Assembly: GCA_963815095.1 (NCBI GenBank)
Contig: CAWFFH010000003.1
Coordinates: forward strand, 64,001-128,000
DNA length: 64,000 nucleotides
Direction of reading: 5' to 3'
From: Candidatus Bathyarchaeota archaeon
Lineage (GTDB): Archaea > Thermoproteota > Bathyarchaeia > Bathyarchaeales > Bathycorpusculaceae
Shown: positions 52,674 through 62,148 of the stretch, piece by piece
How positions within the stretch are numbered: position 1 is the stretch's first letter
How the letters are laid out: every line of letters starts with the position of its first letter
Notes under the pieces: generated by a model
Database searches by the model: none
What the model was told of the DNA's origin: nothing
What the model saw: only the letters and a program-made list of their open reading frames with translations
Translations under genes and position numbers: made by a program

Positions 52674-53444
52674 ATGCCAAAACCTAATCAAGTCCATGAA
52701 GCCCCAAAGTCCCGTTGCCTATGGCTCGACGAATTAAGCACGGTTGAAGCAGAAGAAGCCGCAAAAGATGGCTCAGTCGTGATTTTTCCTGTAGGAAGCG
52801 TCGAGGAACACGGCGACCATTTGCCCCTTTGCACCGACAGCATCCAGCCAGAATACATCGCATTAGAAGTTGCCAAAAAAACCGGCTGCATCGTTGCGCC
52901 CCCCTTCAGGTACGGCATCTGCAACGCCACCCGCAATTTTCCTGGAACCCTAACCATAGAGTTCGATACGCTCTATAGGGTAGCGCATGATGTTTTGTCG
53001 GAGCTTGTCCGCAATGGCTTTTGCCGAATCATTGTGTTAAGCGGTCACGCCGGAAACTCGCATATGGTTGCGTTGAGGCTTGCAGCCCAAGACATAGTCG
53101 TAAAAAATGATGAGTCACAGGGTGTGGGTAAAGTGCGGATTATGGTGTTGTCTGATTTTGATTTTGCGGAAGAATTAACTCCCAAATACACCAGCGTAAA
53201 CGACGGGCACGCAGGTATGCTTGAAACATCACGGGTTATGGCGATTAAGCCTGAACTAGTTAAAGCTAAAGGCAAAGCAGATGTTTGGCGTATGCCCCGT
53301 TTTGAGGTTGTGTCGCATCCTGAACTTTATTTTCCAAGCGGAGTCAACGGAGACCCAACAGCAGCATCTCAAGAGAAGGGACAAAAAATAAACGAGTACA
53401 TCATTAAGCAGGTTGAGAAGCTAGTAAAAGAGCTTAGACAATAA
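52674..53444 (+). CDS. Creatininase/amidohydrolase family protein
   Basis: PVGSVEEHGDHLP..TD, FPGT, GHAGN, HAG..ETS. Confidence 0.92.
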   Translation: MPKPNQVHEAPKSRCLWLDELSTVEAEEAAKDGSVVIFPVGSVEEHGDHLPLCTDSIQPEYIALEVAKKTGCIVAPPFRYGICNATRNFPGTLTIEFDTLYRVAHDVLSELVRNGFCRIIVLSGHAGNSHMVALRLAAQDIVVKNDESQGVGKVRIMVLSDFDFAEELTPKYTSVNDGHAGMLETSRVMAIKPELVKAKGKADVWRMPRFEVVSHPELYFPSGVNGDPTAASQEKGQKINEYIIKQVEKLVKELRQ

Positions 53445-53497
53445 TTAGTTTGGATAAAGAAAAAGGAAAAATAGTATGAAAAGCGATGAATGTTTGG

Positions 53498-53677
53498 TTA
53501 CTTCTTAGGCTTCACTGGAGCTTTTGAAGCAGCACTTTTTGCTGGAGCTTTAACTGGCTTCATGGGTTCTTCGCAACAAATTAGTTCGCATGTTTCGTCA
53601 CATTCGCATGGATTCTCGATCAAAACGACAAGCCCGCATTCATCACACTTGTACTGTTCACCTTTCTTTTTTGCCAA
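53498..53677 (-). CDS. Desulforedoxin-like small Cys-rich protein, 59 aa
   Basis: MAKKKGEQYKCDECGLVVLIENPCECDETCELICCEEPMKPVKAPAK...; GAAGGTGA RBS; not in the ORF track. Confidence 0.8.
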   Translation of the reverse strand: MAKKKGEQYKCDECGLVVLIENPCECDETCELICCEEPMKPVKAPAKSAASKAPVKPKK

Positions 53678-53824
53678 AAAATCACCTTCTAAAAAGCAGC
53701 TACATATTGGATTGTTTTCTGAAAATATAAGAATTTCTAGTTGACTAATTTTCTACCTAACTTAAGTTTTGGTATAACAGAAAAAGTTTAAAGGTCACCC
53801 AAAAGATAATTAATTAGTGATTTT

Positions 53825-54256
53825 ATGCAGTTTTTCACTTTAACGGACCAATCAAGCGTTAAGCATAAGGTTCTCGTCGTACCCTTGAGCCAAACAGAAA
53901 TGAATGAACTCGTAGGTAAATGCGAGAAATGTATGCCCTCAATCTCTATTTCGTCTATAATTCAAATAGGACACCCATACCTGACCGTCGATTTCGGCGG
54001 TGCTGATGCATGGAAAACAGCTATCGCTCTTGACAAAGAATCTGAAGATGGACATAAAATTGGAGATGAACTTGAGATTGGAGACATTTTAAATGTGATT
54101 TTAACCTCAGACCCTAAGGCTCTAAATGTTTCGAATGAAAAGGTTTACATGAACGTGCCTTTGGAAGCGGTTTTAGCGTTCAGTATACTCTACACTGCAG
54201 ACATCGCAGAGAACTATGCATTGTTCAAGATGATTAAGCAGCCTAAAGCCGAATAA
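53825..54256 (+). CDS. Hypothetical protein
   Basis: 143-aa ORF filling the gap, with an upstream TTTAAA box. Confidence 0.6.
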   Translation: MQFFTLTDQSSVKHKVLVVPLSQTEMNELVGKCEKCMPSISISSIIQIGHPYLTVDFGGADAWKTAIALDKESEDGHKIGDELEIGDILNVILTSDPKALNVSNEKVYMNVPLEAVLAFSILYTADIAENYALFKMIKQPKAE

Positions 54257-54266
54257 AGGATCTTCG

Positions 54267-54917
54267 TTAACGAAGATAACGCAGAAACCAATCAGCTGAA
54301 TACTTTGCTACCTCTTCAAGCGTGCCAGGCTCCTCAAAAAGATGCGTAGCACCAGGAACAATGACCAGTTTCTTTTCATTAGTCATTTGATCCATGGCAA
54401 GTCGATTTAATTCAATAACTTCAGTGTCCAAACCGCCTACTAACAGTAGAGTTGGCGCTACAACTTTTGGAAGGTATTCTCCTGCAAGATCAGGACGCCC
54501 TCCACGCGAAACCACCGCCACAATCTCGTCTGGAAGTTTTGCAGCTGCAATCAAAGCCGCAGCCGCCCCTGTGCTTGCCCCAAAGTACCCAAAAGCTAAA
54601 CTTTTTGTCAGAAGATCATTTCTCAGCCACTCTGTTGCTCCGATAAGGCGTTTAGCTAGTAAGGTAATGTTGAACCTATATTCAGCAGTTACGATATCTT
54701 CTTCTTCCTCTTCGGGAGTAAGAAGATCAAAAAGTAAGGTTCCGATTTTGGCTTTGTTAAATTCTTTTGCAACATATTGGTTTCTTGGGCTAAACCTGCT
54801 GCTACCGCTGCCATGGGCAAATAAAACAACTCCTTTAGCACCAGATGGCAAAGTTAATGTGCCTTCCACTATTACGTTGCCGACTGGAATTTTCATTTCT
54901 GTTTGGTTATGAATCAT
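54267..54917 (-). CDS. Dienelactone hydrolase-like alpha/beta hydrolase
   Basis: FAHGSGSSRFSPRN, GASTG, SRGGRPDLA, GATHLFEE. Confidence 0.92.
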   Translation of the reverse strand: MIHNQTEMKIPVGNVIVEGTLTLPSGAKGVVLFAHGSGSSRFSPRNQYVAKEFNKAKIGTLLFDLLTPEEEEEDIVTAEYRFNITLLAKRLIGATEWLRNDLLTKSLAFGYFGASTGAAAALIAAAKLPDEIVAVVSRGGRPDLAGEYLPKVVAPTLLLVGGLDTEVIELNRLAMDQMTNEKKLVIVPGATHLFEEPGTLEEVAKYSADWFLRYLR

Positions 54918-55585
54918 ACCACTACCGTCCTTGTTGACTTGCGCGCTGTTTGTTTACTTTCGTGTAGCAGTTTTATTACTTCTTCATCTTCAGTTTGGGA
55001 AAAATTAGAGTAGAATTCGCCTATAGCTTGGAAATATTCAGGAGTGTACAGACACACCACGCGGTCAGCTATTTCATTTAACTCTTCAATGGTTGATGGT
55101 GGACCAACTGGAATCGCAACTGTCACGCTGACGGCGCCCCTATTTTTCACTGAAGCCAATGCAGCTTTCATGGTTGACCCAGTTGCTATCCCATCATCCA
55201 CAACGATAACGTCAAGCCCTTTCAAGTTGGGGTAAGATGTATCATGTCTGTACAATTTTAGCCTGCGCTCAATTTCCCTTTTTTGTCGTGCAGTCTCTTC
55301 CTTGATATATTCTTTGCTGACGCCCAAGTAAGCGATTAAGCGATTATCAAGAATAGCTGTTCCATCTTCGGCAACGGCACCTATAGCCAACTCTGGGTTA
55401 TCAGGGGCTCCAATCTTTCGGGGAATTATTACATCGAGCGGCAGGTTGAGCACTTTAGCAATCTCGTAGCCTACAACTACGCCGCCTCTCGGAATCGCCA
55501 AAACAATCCCTTTTTTGCCGGAAAAATTCTTCAAAGAAGAAGCTAAACGCTTGCCAGCGTCAACGCGGTCAGTAAAAAAAGCCAT
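54914..55585 (-). CDS. Phosphoribosyltransferase (Rv0571c-like)
   Basis: FTDRVDAG, PRGG, RKIGAP, VDDGIATGST. Confidence 0.92.
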   Translation of the reverse strand: MAFFTDRVDAGKRLASSLKNFSGKKGIVLAIPRGGVVVGYEIAKVLNLPLDVIIPRKIGAPDNPELAIGAVAEDGTAILDNRLIAYLGVSKEYIKEETARQKREIERRLKLYRHDTSYPNLKGLDVIVVDDGIATGSTMKAALASVKNRGAVSVTVAIPVGPPSTIEELNEIADRVVCLYTPEYFQAIGEFYSNFSQTEDEEVIKLLHESKQTARKSTRTVVV

Positions 55586-55860
55586 TAAAATTCCTCAATA
55601 CCCTTATAAAATAAATAGTGAAAGGAAATATAAAAAGTGGATACCAACAATTTTTCTTTGCAAAAAGAGGTTCACATCGCTCTCAACAAGTACAAGCACG
55701 AGAGATTGAGTATTTTTCTTTCAAAAAAATTTAGCATACATGTAAAAAAAAGTGAGTTTCCAAAATTCTAAATTAAATAATTCTGTCTAATTTTGCATGC
55801 TTGAAAGGACAAAAGATAAGAGAATTCAAGCGTTCTACAAGTGTGGCACAGTGGCAACTA

Positions 55861-56790
55861 ATGGAAGTCGTAAATGTCCGTTTACCCGACAAATTAACCG
55901 CAGACATAGACAAACTAGCAAAAAAACATAACCTCACCCGATCAGAAGTCATGCGTCAAGCATTAACCATCTATCTGCACCTTACAGAAAACGTTGGCAC
56001 CATGCTAAGACCAATAGTTTTTCAAGTAAAACCAGCACAAATAACCTACACTCGCAGAGGCGATGTCTCCATCCTAAAAGTTCCCACAGGACACGCCATA
56101 GTGGTAGGCTCAACCTCAAGTGGCGCTGTTGGCCCCAAAAAAATGGACAAGGTTCAAGTGGAGGGGCAGGTGCTGGGAAAGTTTTTGGCAAGAGTTGCCT
56201 TAATGGATGTGATCGCAACGGGCGCGTTTCCACTTCTTTTGTCTGTAACGTTAGGCGTAGAAAAAGAACCCAGTGGCAACTCGATAATTGAGGGAATTCG
56301 ACGTGAAGCTAGAAGCATAGGTCTTGACGCAAATCAAGCTCTTATGGAGAACACTGAAGACAATTTTGAAACAGTACAAACCGGCGTTGGATTAACCGTA
56401 GTTGGTTTTGCAAATGATGAAGAGCTCAGGCTTGGAAAAACCATGCCGGGCGACTTAATAGTAGCAATTGGCAAACCCAAAGTTGGAGACGAAGTACTAG
56501 TCGCAGAAACACGCGGAGAAATTGCGGACCTCAAAAACGTCACACAACTATCCCAGAGAAAATATGTACACGATATTGCACCAGTTGGGGGGTTTGGGAT
56601 TGCAAGTGAAGCAAGAATGATGGCGTATGGCGTTGGGAGACAACTAAAACTCTACGAGGTGCAAGGGTTGGATTTGAGTAAGTCAGCGGGTCCAGCAACA
56701 GTTGTTCTTGCAACAATTGACAAAGAGAAGCTTGAAGATTTAACTTCGTTAATTCCTAAACCAATTAATGTTGTTGGAGAAATAATCTAA
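55861..56790 (+). CDS. Ribbon-helix-helix (CopG/MetJ) + CblS/PurM-like domain fusion, putative regulator
   Basis: MEVVNVRLP...IDKLAK...TRSEVMRQAL, then SSGAVGPK..D...ARVALM...GA, TEDNF.TVQTG.G, GKP.VG, KSAGPAT; ATG at 55861. Confidence 0.8.
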   Translation: MEVVNVRLPDKLTADIDKLAKKHNLTRSEVMRQALTIYLHLTENVGTMLRPIVFQVKPAQITYTRRGDVSILKVPTGHAIVVGSTSSGAVGPKKMDKVQVEGQVLGKFLARVALMDVIATGAFPLLLSVTLGVEKEPSGNSIIEGIRREARSIGLDANQALMENTEDNFETVQTGVGLTVVGFANDEELRLGKTMPGDLIVAIGKPKVGDEVLVAETRGEIADLKNVTQLSQRKYVHDIAPVGGFGIASEARMMAYGVGRQLKLYEVQGLDLSKSAGPATVVLATIDKEKLEDLTSLIPKPINVVGEII

Positions 56791-56798
56791 ACAAAAAT

Positions 56799-57281
56799 TT
56801 ATTTTTGAATGCTCTTTAGCATGTGCCCGTTACGGTCGATTTCTCCACTGCGAATCCGAGTGGTCGAGATAGGAGTTTTATTTTCTGCCTCTACCATGTC
56901 CACTGCGACAATTTCGAGCGGTGGCAACCCAGCTTTTCCGCGTGTTGAATTAATAGCGCCTGCCGTTCGGGCAGTTTCTTTGCTCACCACTAACGCCTCT
57001 AACCCTCTGCCCTTAATTGTCAAGCCATACGAGTCCGTTAACGGCACAATTTCAGCTCTATCGGCTAAACCCATTTCTGTCAAATAAGTGGCTAATTCAT
57101 CTCGGCGTTCAGCGTAAGACGCAGTTATGTGAGGTTTGCCCATTTTCTTGACGAACTCATCAGAAGATAAGCCTATGACAACTTTGTCTCCGACTTCAAA
57201 AGCTCTGCTGAGTAACGCTTTGTGGCCTCTATGGAGTTCATCAAAAGTTCCTCCGACTGCAACTTTCTTGTATTTTTTCAT
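56799..57281 (-). CDS. coaD: Phosphopantetheine adenylyltransferase (archaeal/eukaryal type)
   Basis: GGTFDELHRGH, YG, VVSKET, ISTTRIR.GEID. Confidence 0.93.
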   Translation of the reverse strand: MKKYKKVAVGGTFDELHRGHKALLSRAFEVGDKVVIGLSSDEFVKKMGKPHITASYAERRDELATYLTEMGLADRAEIVPLTDSYGLTIKGRGLEALVVSKETARTAGAINSTRGKAGLPPLEIVAVDMVEAENKTPISTTRIRSGEIDRNGHMLKSIQK

Positions 57282-58214
57282 TTTACCAGCCTAACGCCCT
57301 GAAAATCAATCTTGCTAACTATCACTTGTTTTGAGGGCAAGGTTTGCTTAAAAGCTTCTGCTACCGAGTAAGCGTTATTTTCATGTACGACAGCGTGAAC
57401 TGCTTCCCCAATCATGTTTTGGGCTGCACCGACCGCACCAGCCTTCTTCGCCACCGCCACCAGATCCCTTATGTTTTGGGTTGCGAACCCTGCTTTCTGC
57501 GAGAAGTCCCAGCAGCAATCAAGAAAATTCTCCAAGCTCGGCTCCGCGAGGATAGCGTCTAAGGCTTTTTTGCCGTAGCGATTTATTTCCTGCTTTTTCT
57601 TTACTGAGGAAAGGACTGATTTTTTGCGGATGTTAGTTTTAAGAAAGCCCGCGACAACCATATAATCTGGCGTAATGGGTATGCGGTCGATTTGGCAGAT
57701 GCCTGGAGCGCCAGGTTCCACAACGAGAACGCAACCACCACTAAAAGTCAAAGAACTTACCGTGCCCAAACCTGTTAGGCATTGAATCTCGGCAACATGC
57801 GCTATTTTGCCAATCTGATTATACGTTAAGGGCAACCCTAAAGCTTCTCTAAGCGCCAATCCTGCGGTTAACGCTCCTCCTGCACTGGTGCCAAACCCGG
57901 TGCCAATCGGGACTTCAATTTGATGTTCGACTGTGATAGCATAGTTTGCGTTTGTTTTGGTCAGAAGGGTCGCTATTACTTGCCTTGTGGTTTTTGCTTC
58001 GGTGACGGGTTTAGAATTAATGAAAATGTTAATGCTGTTTGTCTGTGCTTCTTCAGCGGTCGCTGTTGTTGTGACGCCTCTTTTCTAGCCCAAAACCTCC
58101 ACCTATAGCACCAACTTTCTCCAAATCAGTAATCGGTTTGCCGTCTTCGGTGTCGTGGATTTCAAAAAAGCTAGAGATTGCCGCTGGAGCGAAAGCTTTG
58201 GCGGTTTTTTTCAC
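57278..58214 (-). CDS. pok: Pantoate kinase (GHMP family), frameshifted near 58082
   Basis: GTG at 58214 gives KAFAPAAISSFF...GAIGGG; after the shift, PIGTGFGTSAGG, AHVAE, TGLG, AAQNMIG. Confidence 0.85.
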
Positions 58215-58942
58215 TGAGTTTCACTTTGGTTCTTTTTAGCTAATGTTGGAAACGCTTTGTTGGCTGCTGCAATGATTGGTGGTCCAAGGATTAGTATAAA
58301 CGGGATTTCGGTGAAGAAGGTAAAGAAAAAAGTTATCAGCGCTATAGGGGCAGTAAACGGTGTGGCAGCTTTGGTAAAGTATTGAATGAAAAGTGGTACA
58401 GTTACCCCTATTATGGCTGAGCCAAGCAACATACCAATTATTGAACCAACTTCAAAGCTGCGCCATCTCGAGTTTCTTAAAATCACTACTGGAACTAAAA
58501 ATATTACATAACTTGCTGCAACAACACTCATGAAAGCGATTTTAGTCCAGAAATCCAAACCAGTATAGGCGTAACCAATCCACATGAATAATGCCGTAGC
58601 TATGCCATAAGCTACAACAGGTGCTGCCCACCGAATTTTCTTCTTGGCTATGTACCCGATTAAGAAGAAAGCGACAAAGTTGCTAGTTACCCCTGCCAAC
58701 AGACTTAGCAACAGGTTGTTTCCAAAGATGGCATCACTTATGAAGATACCGACTGCTGCGCCGATTCCTCCAACAAGTGGACCAAACACAACGGCGAAGA
58801 CTGCGGGGACAATGACTGGAGGCCAGAATCTAACTCCGCCATACGATATTGGGATTAAGCTGTAGAAAATGTAGCCGACTGCTACATACAATGCTATGTT
58901 TAACGCTAAACCGGCAACATCGATTGATCTAAGTTTCAGCAT
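58211..58942 (-). CDS. ECF transporter S-component-like membrane protein (probably pantothenate/pantoate)
   Basis: ALY, VRFWP, FGP.VG.IG.A.G...SD; stop overlaps the pok start (GTGA). Confidence 0.75.
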   Translation of the reverse strand: MLKLRSIDVAGLALNIALYVAVGYIFYSLIPISYGGVRFWPPVIVPAVFAVVFGPLVGGIGAAVGIFISDAIFGNNLLLSLLAGVTSNFVAFFLIGYIAKKKIRWAAPVVAYGIATALFMWIGYAYTGLDFWTKIAFMSVVAASYVIFLVPVVILRNSRWRSFEVGSIIGMLLGSAIIGVTVPLFIQYFTKAATPFTAPIALITFFFTFFTEIPFILILGPPIIAAANKAFPTLAKKNQSETQ

Positions 58943-59014
58943 CTTAACTTTTGCTTCCTTGTTGTTTAATTGTTAACGCCGTTGAGAGTTGGCGTTTATA
59001 GATAAAACTTCCCT

Positions 59015-59046
59015 TTGAATTGTTTAAACATGTTTAAACAAATCAA
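59015..59046. promoter_or_regulatory. 32-bp near-perfect palindrome containing tandem TGTTTAAACA x2
   Basis: TTGAAT-TGTTTAAACA-TGTTTAAACA-AATCAA with a 22-bp perfect core, just upstream of a minus-strand GGGAAG-TTTTATCTATA promoter-like element. Confidence 0.6.
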
Positions 59047-59136
59047 CATAATCTTACCTCAACAGACTTTACAACCCTAAAACTACTGTAACCCTGAAAA
59101 ATCTACGACTAATATAGGGAAATAAAGAAAAGGACT

Positions 59137-59481
59137 CTATTTTTTGTGTCTTTTGATTCTGTCTTGCCGTTGAGTTTTTTTGCGCCAGTCTTTCTTTCGT
59201 TGAGTCTGCATTGAGAATCTTTCTTGGCGGGGAACATCTAACTTTCTGAAACGAGAGACATTTCCATAAAAGGTTTCAGCTGATATTTTGTTCTCTTTCA
59301 AATCTTGAAGATTCTGGTTTAATTCCTCTTTAGATTCAGCATCGCTTGTCTTGTCGAATGCTTCTTCATAAACAAGGTACGCGGCATGGAACTGAAAGTT
59401 CGAGAGGTCATCAATTAAAAGTTTCTCAGTTTGAGGGGGAGATTCATTATTGTTGTTTTGCTCATTGGGTTGTTGAGTCAT
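59137..59481 (-). CDS. Hypothetical protein
   Basis: 114 aa, acidic N-terminal half and basic C-terminal tail. Confidence 0.7.
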   Translation of the reverse strand: MTQQPNEQNNNNESPPQTEKLLIDDLSNFQFHAAYLVYEEAFDKTSDAESKEELNQNLQDLKENKISAETFYGNVSRFRKLDVPRQERFSMQTQRKKDWRKKTQRQDRIKRHKK

Positions 59482-59641
59482 GTATTATCCAGCTTTTTGA
59501 ATAGTGCAATGATTGTTTTTCACCCTTTTATAGGTGTGCCTAATTTTCTGGCAAAAGAACCCGTCTTACTGTAGCCTCTCAGAGAGCTACCCTCGCCCAT
59601 ATATGAATTCAAGCGCTTGTTGAACATAGTTTACTTTAAGC

Positions 59642-60100
59642 TTAATTGATTTGTTCTTGATTCTGTAACCCAATTTGATTCCTAATTTTTTGGGCATCTT
59701 GTTCCAATGCTTCTGAATCACGCGGATTTGTGAGGTCTCGATAAGCCTTGCCATGACTGAAACCTTCGTGGGGCTTCATTGGGATAACATGTACATGTAA
59801 ATGAAAGATCACTTGCCCAGCTGCCCAACCATTATTTTGAACAATCCGAATGCCTTCTACCTCCATGGCATCCCTTACCGCATGAGCAACTCTTTTAGCA
59901 ACTCTAAAGAGGTAAGCTGCTTCTTCCTCAGAAATTTCATAGATGTTTTTGTAATGTTTTTTGGGAACTACCAATGTATGCCCTTCGTTTACTGGGCGGT
60001 TACTCAAAAAAGCAATAATCTGATCATCCTCGTAGACTACGCTTGCAAGGGCTTCTTTGCGGATTATCTGGCAGAATATACAATCAGACATGGTGGTCAT
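59642..60100 (-). CDS. HIT family hydrolase
   Basis: CIFC, GHTLVVPK, AGQVIFHLHVH. Confidence 0.93.
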   Translation of the reverse strand: MTTMSDCIFCQIIRKEALASVVYEDDQIIAFLSNRPVNEGHTLVVPKKHYKNIYEISEEEAAYLFRVAKRVAHAVRDAMEVEGIRIVQNNGWAAGQVIFHLHVHVIPMKPHEGFSHGKAYRDLTNPRDSEALEQDAQKIRNQIGLQNQEQIN

Positions 60101-60163
60101 ATCTTTCAGCTGTTTGTTGGTAGCATATAGCTTTAATAGAATTTCGTCAGTCAATAATACTTT

Positions 60164-61195
60164 ATGGAAACTTTAGTTGACGATATTGGCAGTTTTCCGT
60201 TACCAACAGGAATCAAAAGAGAAACCTTTAGCAAGTCCTATGAACTTGCAAGAGAAGCAATCCTCGAAGGCAAGGACATAACCAAAGACGATTTTTTGCA
60301 AGAAAATTTCTGCAAAGTTGTGGTTAACTCCTTTAGGAAAAAATTGTCTACAGGCTTAGACGTTATAAATTTCCCTCAACATTATAGTGGAATCAAACAA
60401 GTTGGTGACGCAGTTCATGAAGCTATGGCGAAAGGCTCCTTTGTTGTCGACAAAGAAAAAGCATTCCTCCCCGAAATCTACGTGCTCAACCAAGAAGCCA
60501 AGCATCTGAGCGAAGAATTTGGCAAGAAAATCCAGTTGCGCGTTTCAATTTTTGGCCCCATCGAACAATATTTGGCTGAAGTCGGAACAACAGCGTTTCC
60601 AGACGTATTAGACGGGTTTGCCCAAACGATAAATCGGTTTGCCAAAAACTCTATTTTAAACAACAAATACATTGAAACCAAAGTAATTTCCATCGATGAA
60701 CCGAGCCTAGGCCACACCAACCTCTCAGCTACCCCAGATTTAATTCGTGAAACGCTCGAGAAAGCATACGACTTTCAAGGACCAATAAAACAGATTCACC
60801 TACACTTCGCCTCAGGAATACATGATTTACTCGCCGTGAAAGGTCTTGATGTTTTGTCGTTTGAGTACGCGGGGTCTCCAAAAAATATCGATGCAATCCC
60901 AAAAAGTATACTTGAAAAAGCTAACAAGCAAATTCGAGTGGGCATCTCAAGAACAGACATCGACTCTATTTGGGCGGAACTCTACGAGAAAGGCATAACC
61001 AAACCATCCAATGAACATTTAGTTGAGACGATAGAAGCGATAACAAAACGATACCGTATTGCCAAAGAGAAGTATGGAGATCGGATGACTTTTACTGGTC
61101 CTGACTGTGGACTTGGCGGTTGGCCCAATCAAGAATCAGCCGCATTGCTGCTGGAGCGCTCAGTGAAAGCTGTAAAATCAAACCTTCAATTTTAA
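60164..61195 (+). CDS. Core (single-domain) MetE-like methionine synthase family protein
   Basis: DIGSFP, GP, IDEP, HLH, E, GPDCGL. Confidence 0.75.
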   Translation: METLVDDIGSFPLPTGIKRETFSKSYELAREAILEGKDITKDDFLQENFCKVVVNSFRKKLSTGLDVINFPQHYSGIKQVGDAVHEAMAKGSFVVDKEKAFLPEIYVLNQEAKHLSEEFGKKIQLRVSIFGPIEQYLAEVGTTAFPDVLDGFAQTINRFAKNSILNNKYIETKVISIDEPSLGHTNLSATPDLIRETLEKAYDFQGPIKQIHLHFASGIHDLLAVKGLDVLSFEYAGSPKNIDAIPKSILEKANKQIRVGISRTDIDSIWAELYEKGITKPSNEHLVETIEAITKRYRIAKEKYGDRMTFTGPDCGLGGWPNQESAALLLERSVKAVKSNLQF

Positions 61196-62109
61196 TTTCT
61201 TTTTAGCCACAAACAAAAAGGAAAGAAGAAAAAATCTTCTATTCTGGAGTTTCTTCGGATGGTGAAGGCGGCATGGGTTCTTGTCGAGGCATCGGTTTTT
61301 TCTTTGCCTAGAGCCTGTTGCGCTTGAGTTAGGTCTTTGAAGCCGTAGGTTCCAATTGGAGGCCAACCTGCTTCAGGCATAGATGCTGGAATAAGCATTA
61401 TGGTGTTTGTTTGTGATTGTTGACCTAACTCGTAGAGTATGTTCATCCACCTAAGTCTTAGACCTTCTGGGCTTGATTCATATGCTTTTGCTGCTTCAAT
61501 CATTTTTGTCGATGCTTCAAACTCGGCGGTGGCTAATGTTACCCTTGCTATGCGTTCCCGTTCAGCCTGTGCTTGGCGGCTCATAGCGTCTTGCAGGTTG
61601 GCTGGAATAATTACGTCTCGGACTTCGACAGAGGTGACTTTTATTCCCCATGACTCCGTTTTTTCGTCGATAATTTCTCGTAGACGAGCTCCGACTTTCT
61701 CGCGTTCTGCGAGCAACTCGTTTAAGCTAACTTTGCCGATGACTTCCCTGAGGGTTGTTTGCGATGCCAATTGTGTAGCTTGGTAATAATTTTCTACTGC
61801 CAGTACTGCCTTCTCCAAATCTACCGGTTTCATGTATAACACTGAGTCAACATTTACGGGAACATTATCTTTGGTTAAGGTGGATTCTGTTCGAAATTGT
61901 ATGGTGTCTAGTCTGGTGGAGATTTTTAAGGGCGCTCTATCAATTAATGGAACTAGATAGATTATTCCTGGACCCTTCAAACCTACGTAGCGTCCAAGCC
62001 TTAAAACGGGCATTCGTTCCCATTCTTTAAGCACTCGAATGCCGCTTAACAGGAAAAGTGCAACAACTATAGCTATAAAACCAATAATAGGAGTTAAAAC
62101 ATCAACCAA
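61192..62109 (-). CDS. SPFH/stomatin (slipin) protein; true stop probably near 61239
   Basis: LRLGR, GPG, TKDNV, QTTLR.VIG, AMSRQA.AERE; apparent frameshift in the homopolymer at 61296-61301. Confidence 0.92.
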   Translation of the reverse strand: MVDVLTPIIGFIAIVVALFLLSGIRVLKEWERMPVLRLGRYVGLKGPGIIYLVPLIDRAPLKISTRLDTIQFRTESTLTKDNVPVNVDSVLYMKPVDLEKAVLAVENYYQATQLASQTTLREVIGKVSLNELLAEREKVGARLREIIDEKTESWGIKVTSVEVRDVIIPANLQDAMSRQAQAERERIARVTLATAEFEASTKMIEAAKAYESSPEGLRLRWMNILYELGQQSQTNTIMLIPASMPEAGWPPIGTYGFKDLTQAQQALGKEKTDASTRTHAAFTIRRNSRIEDFFFFPFCLWLKRN

Positions 62110-62148
62110 TCTTTATTCCTCGACTAGTGGTATGTTATGATTGGGGAA

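Noticed and set aside
57278-57859. Truncated 193-aa pantoate kinase pseudogene
   Set aside because: The N-terminal half is intact upstream to 58214, with a single homopolymer indel and no other decay.
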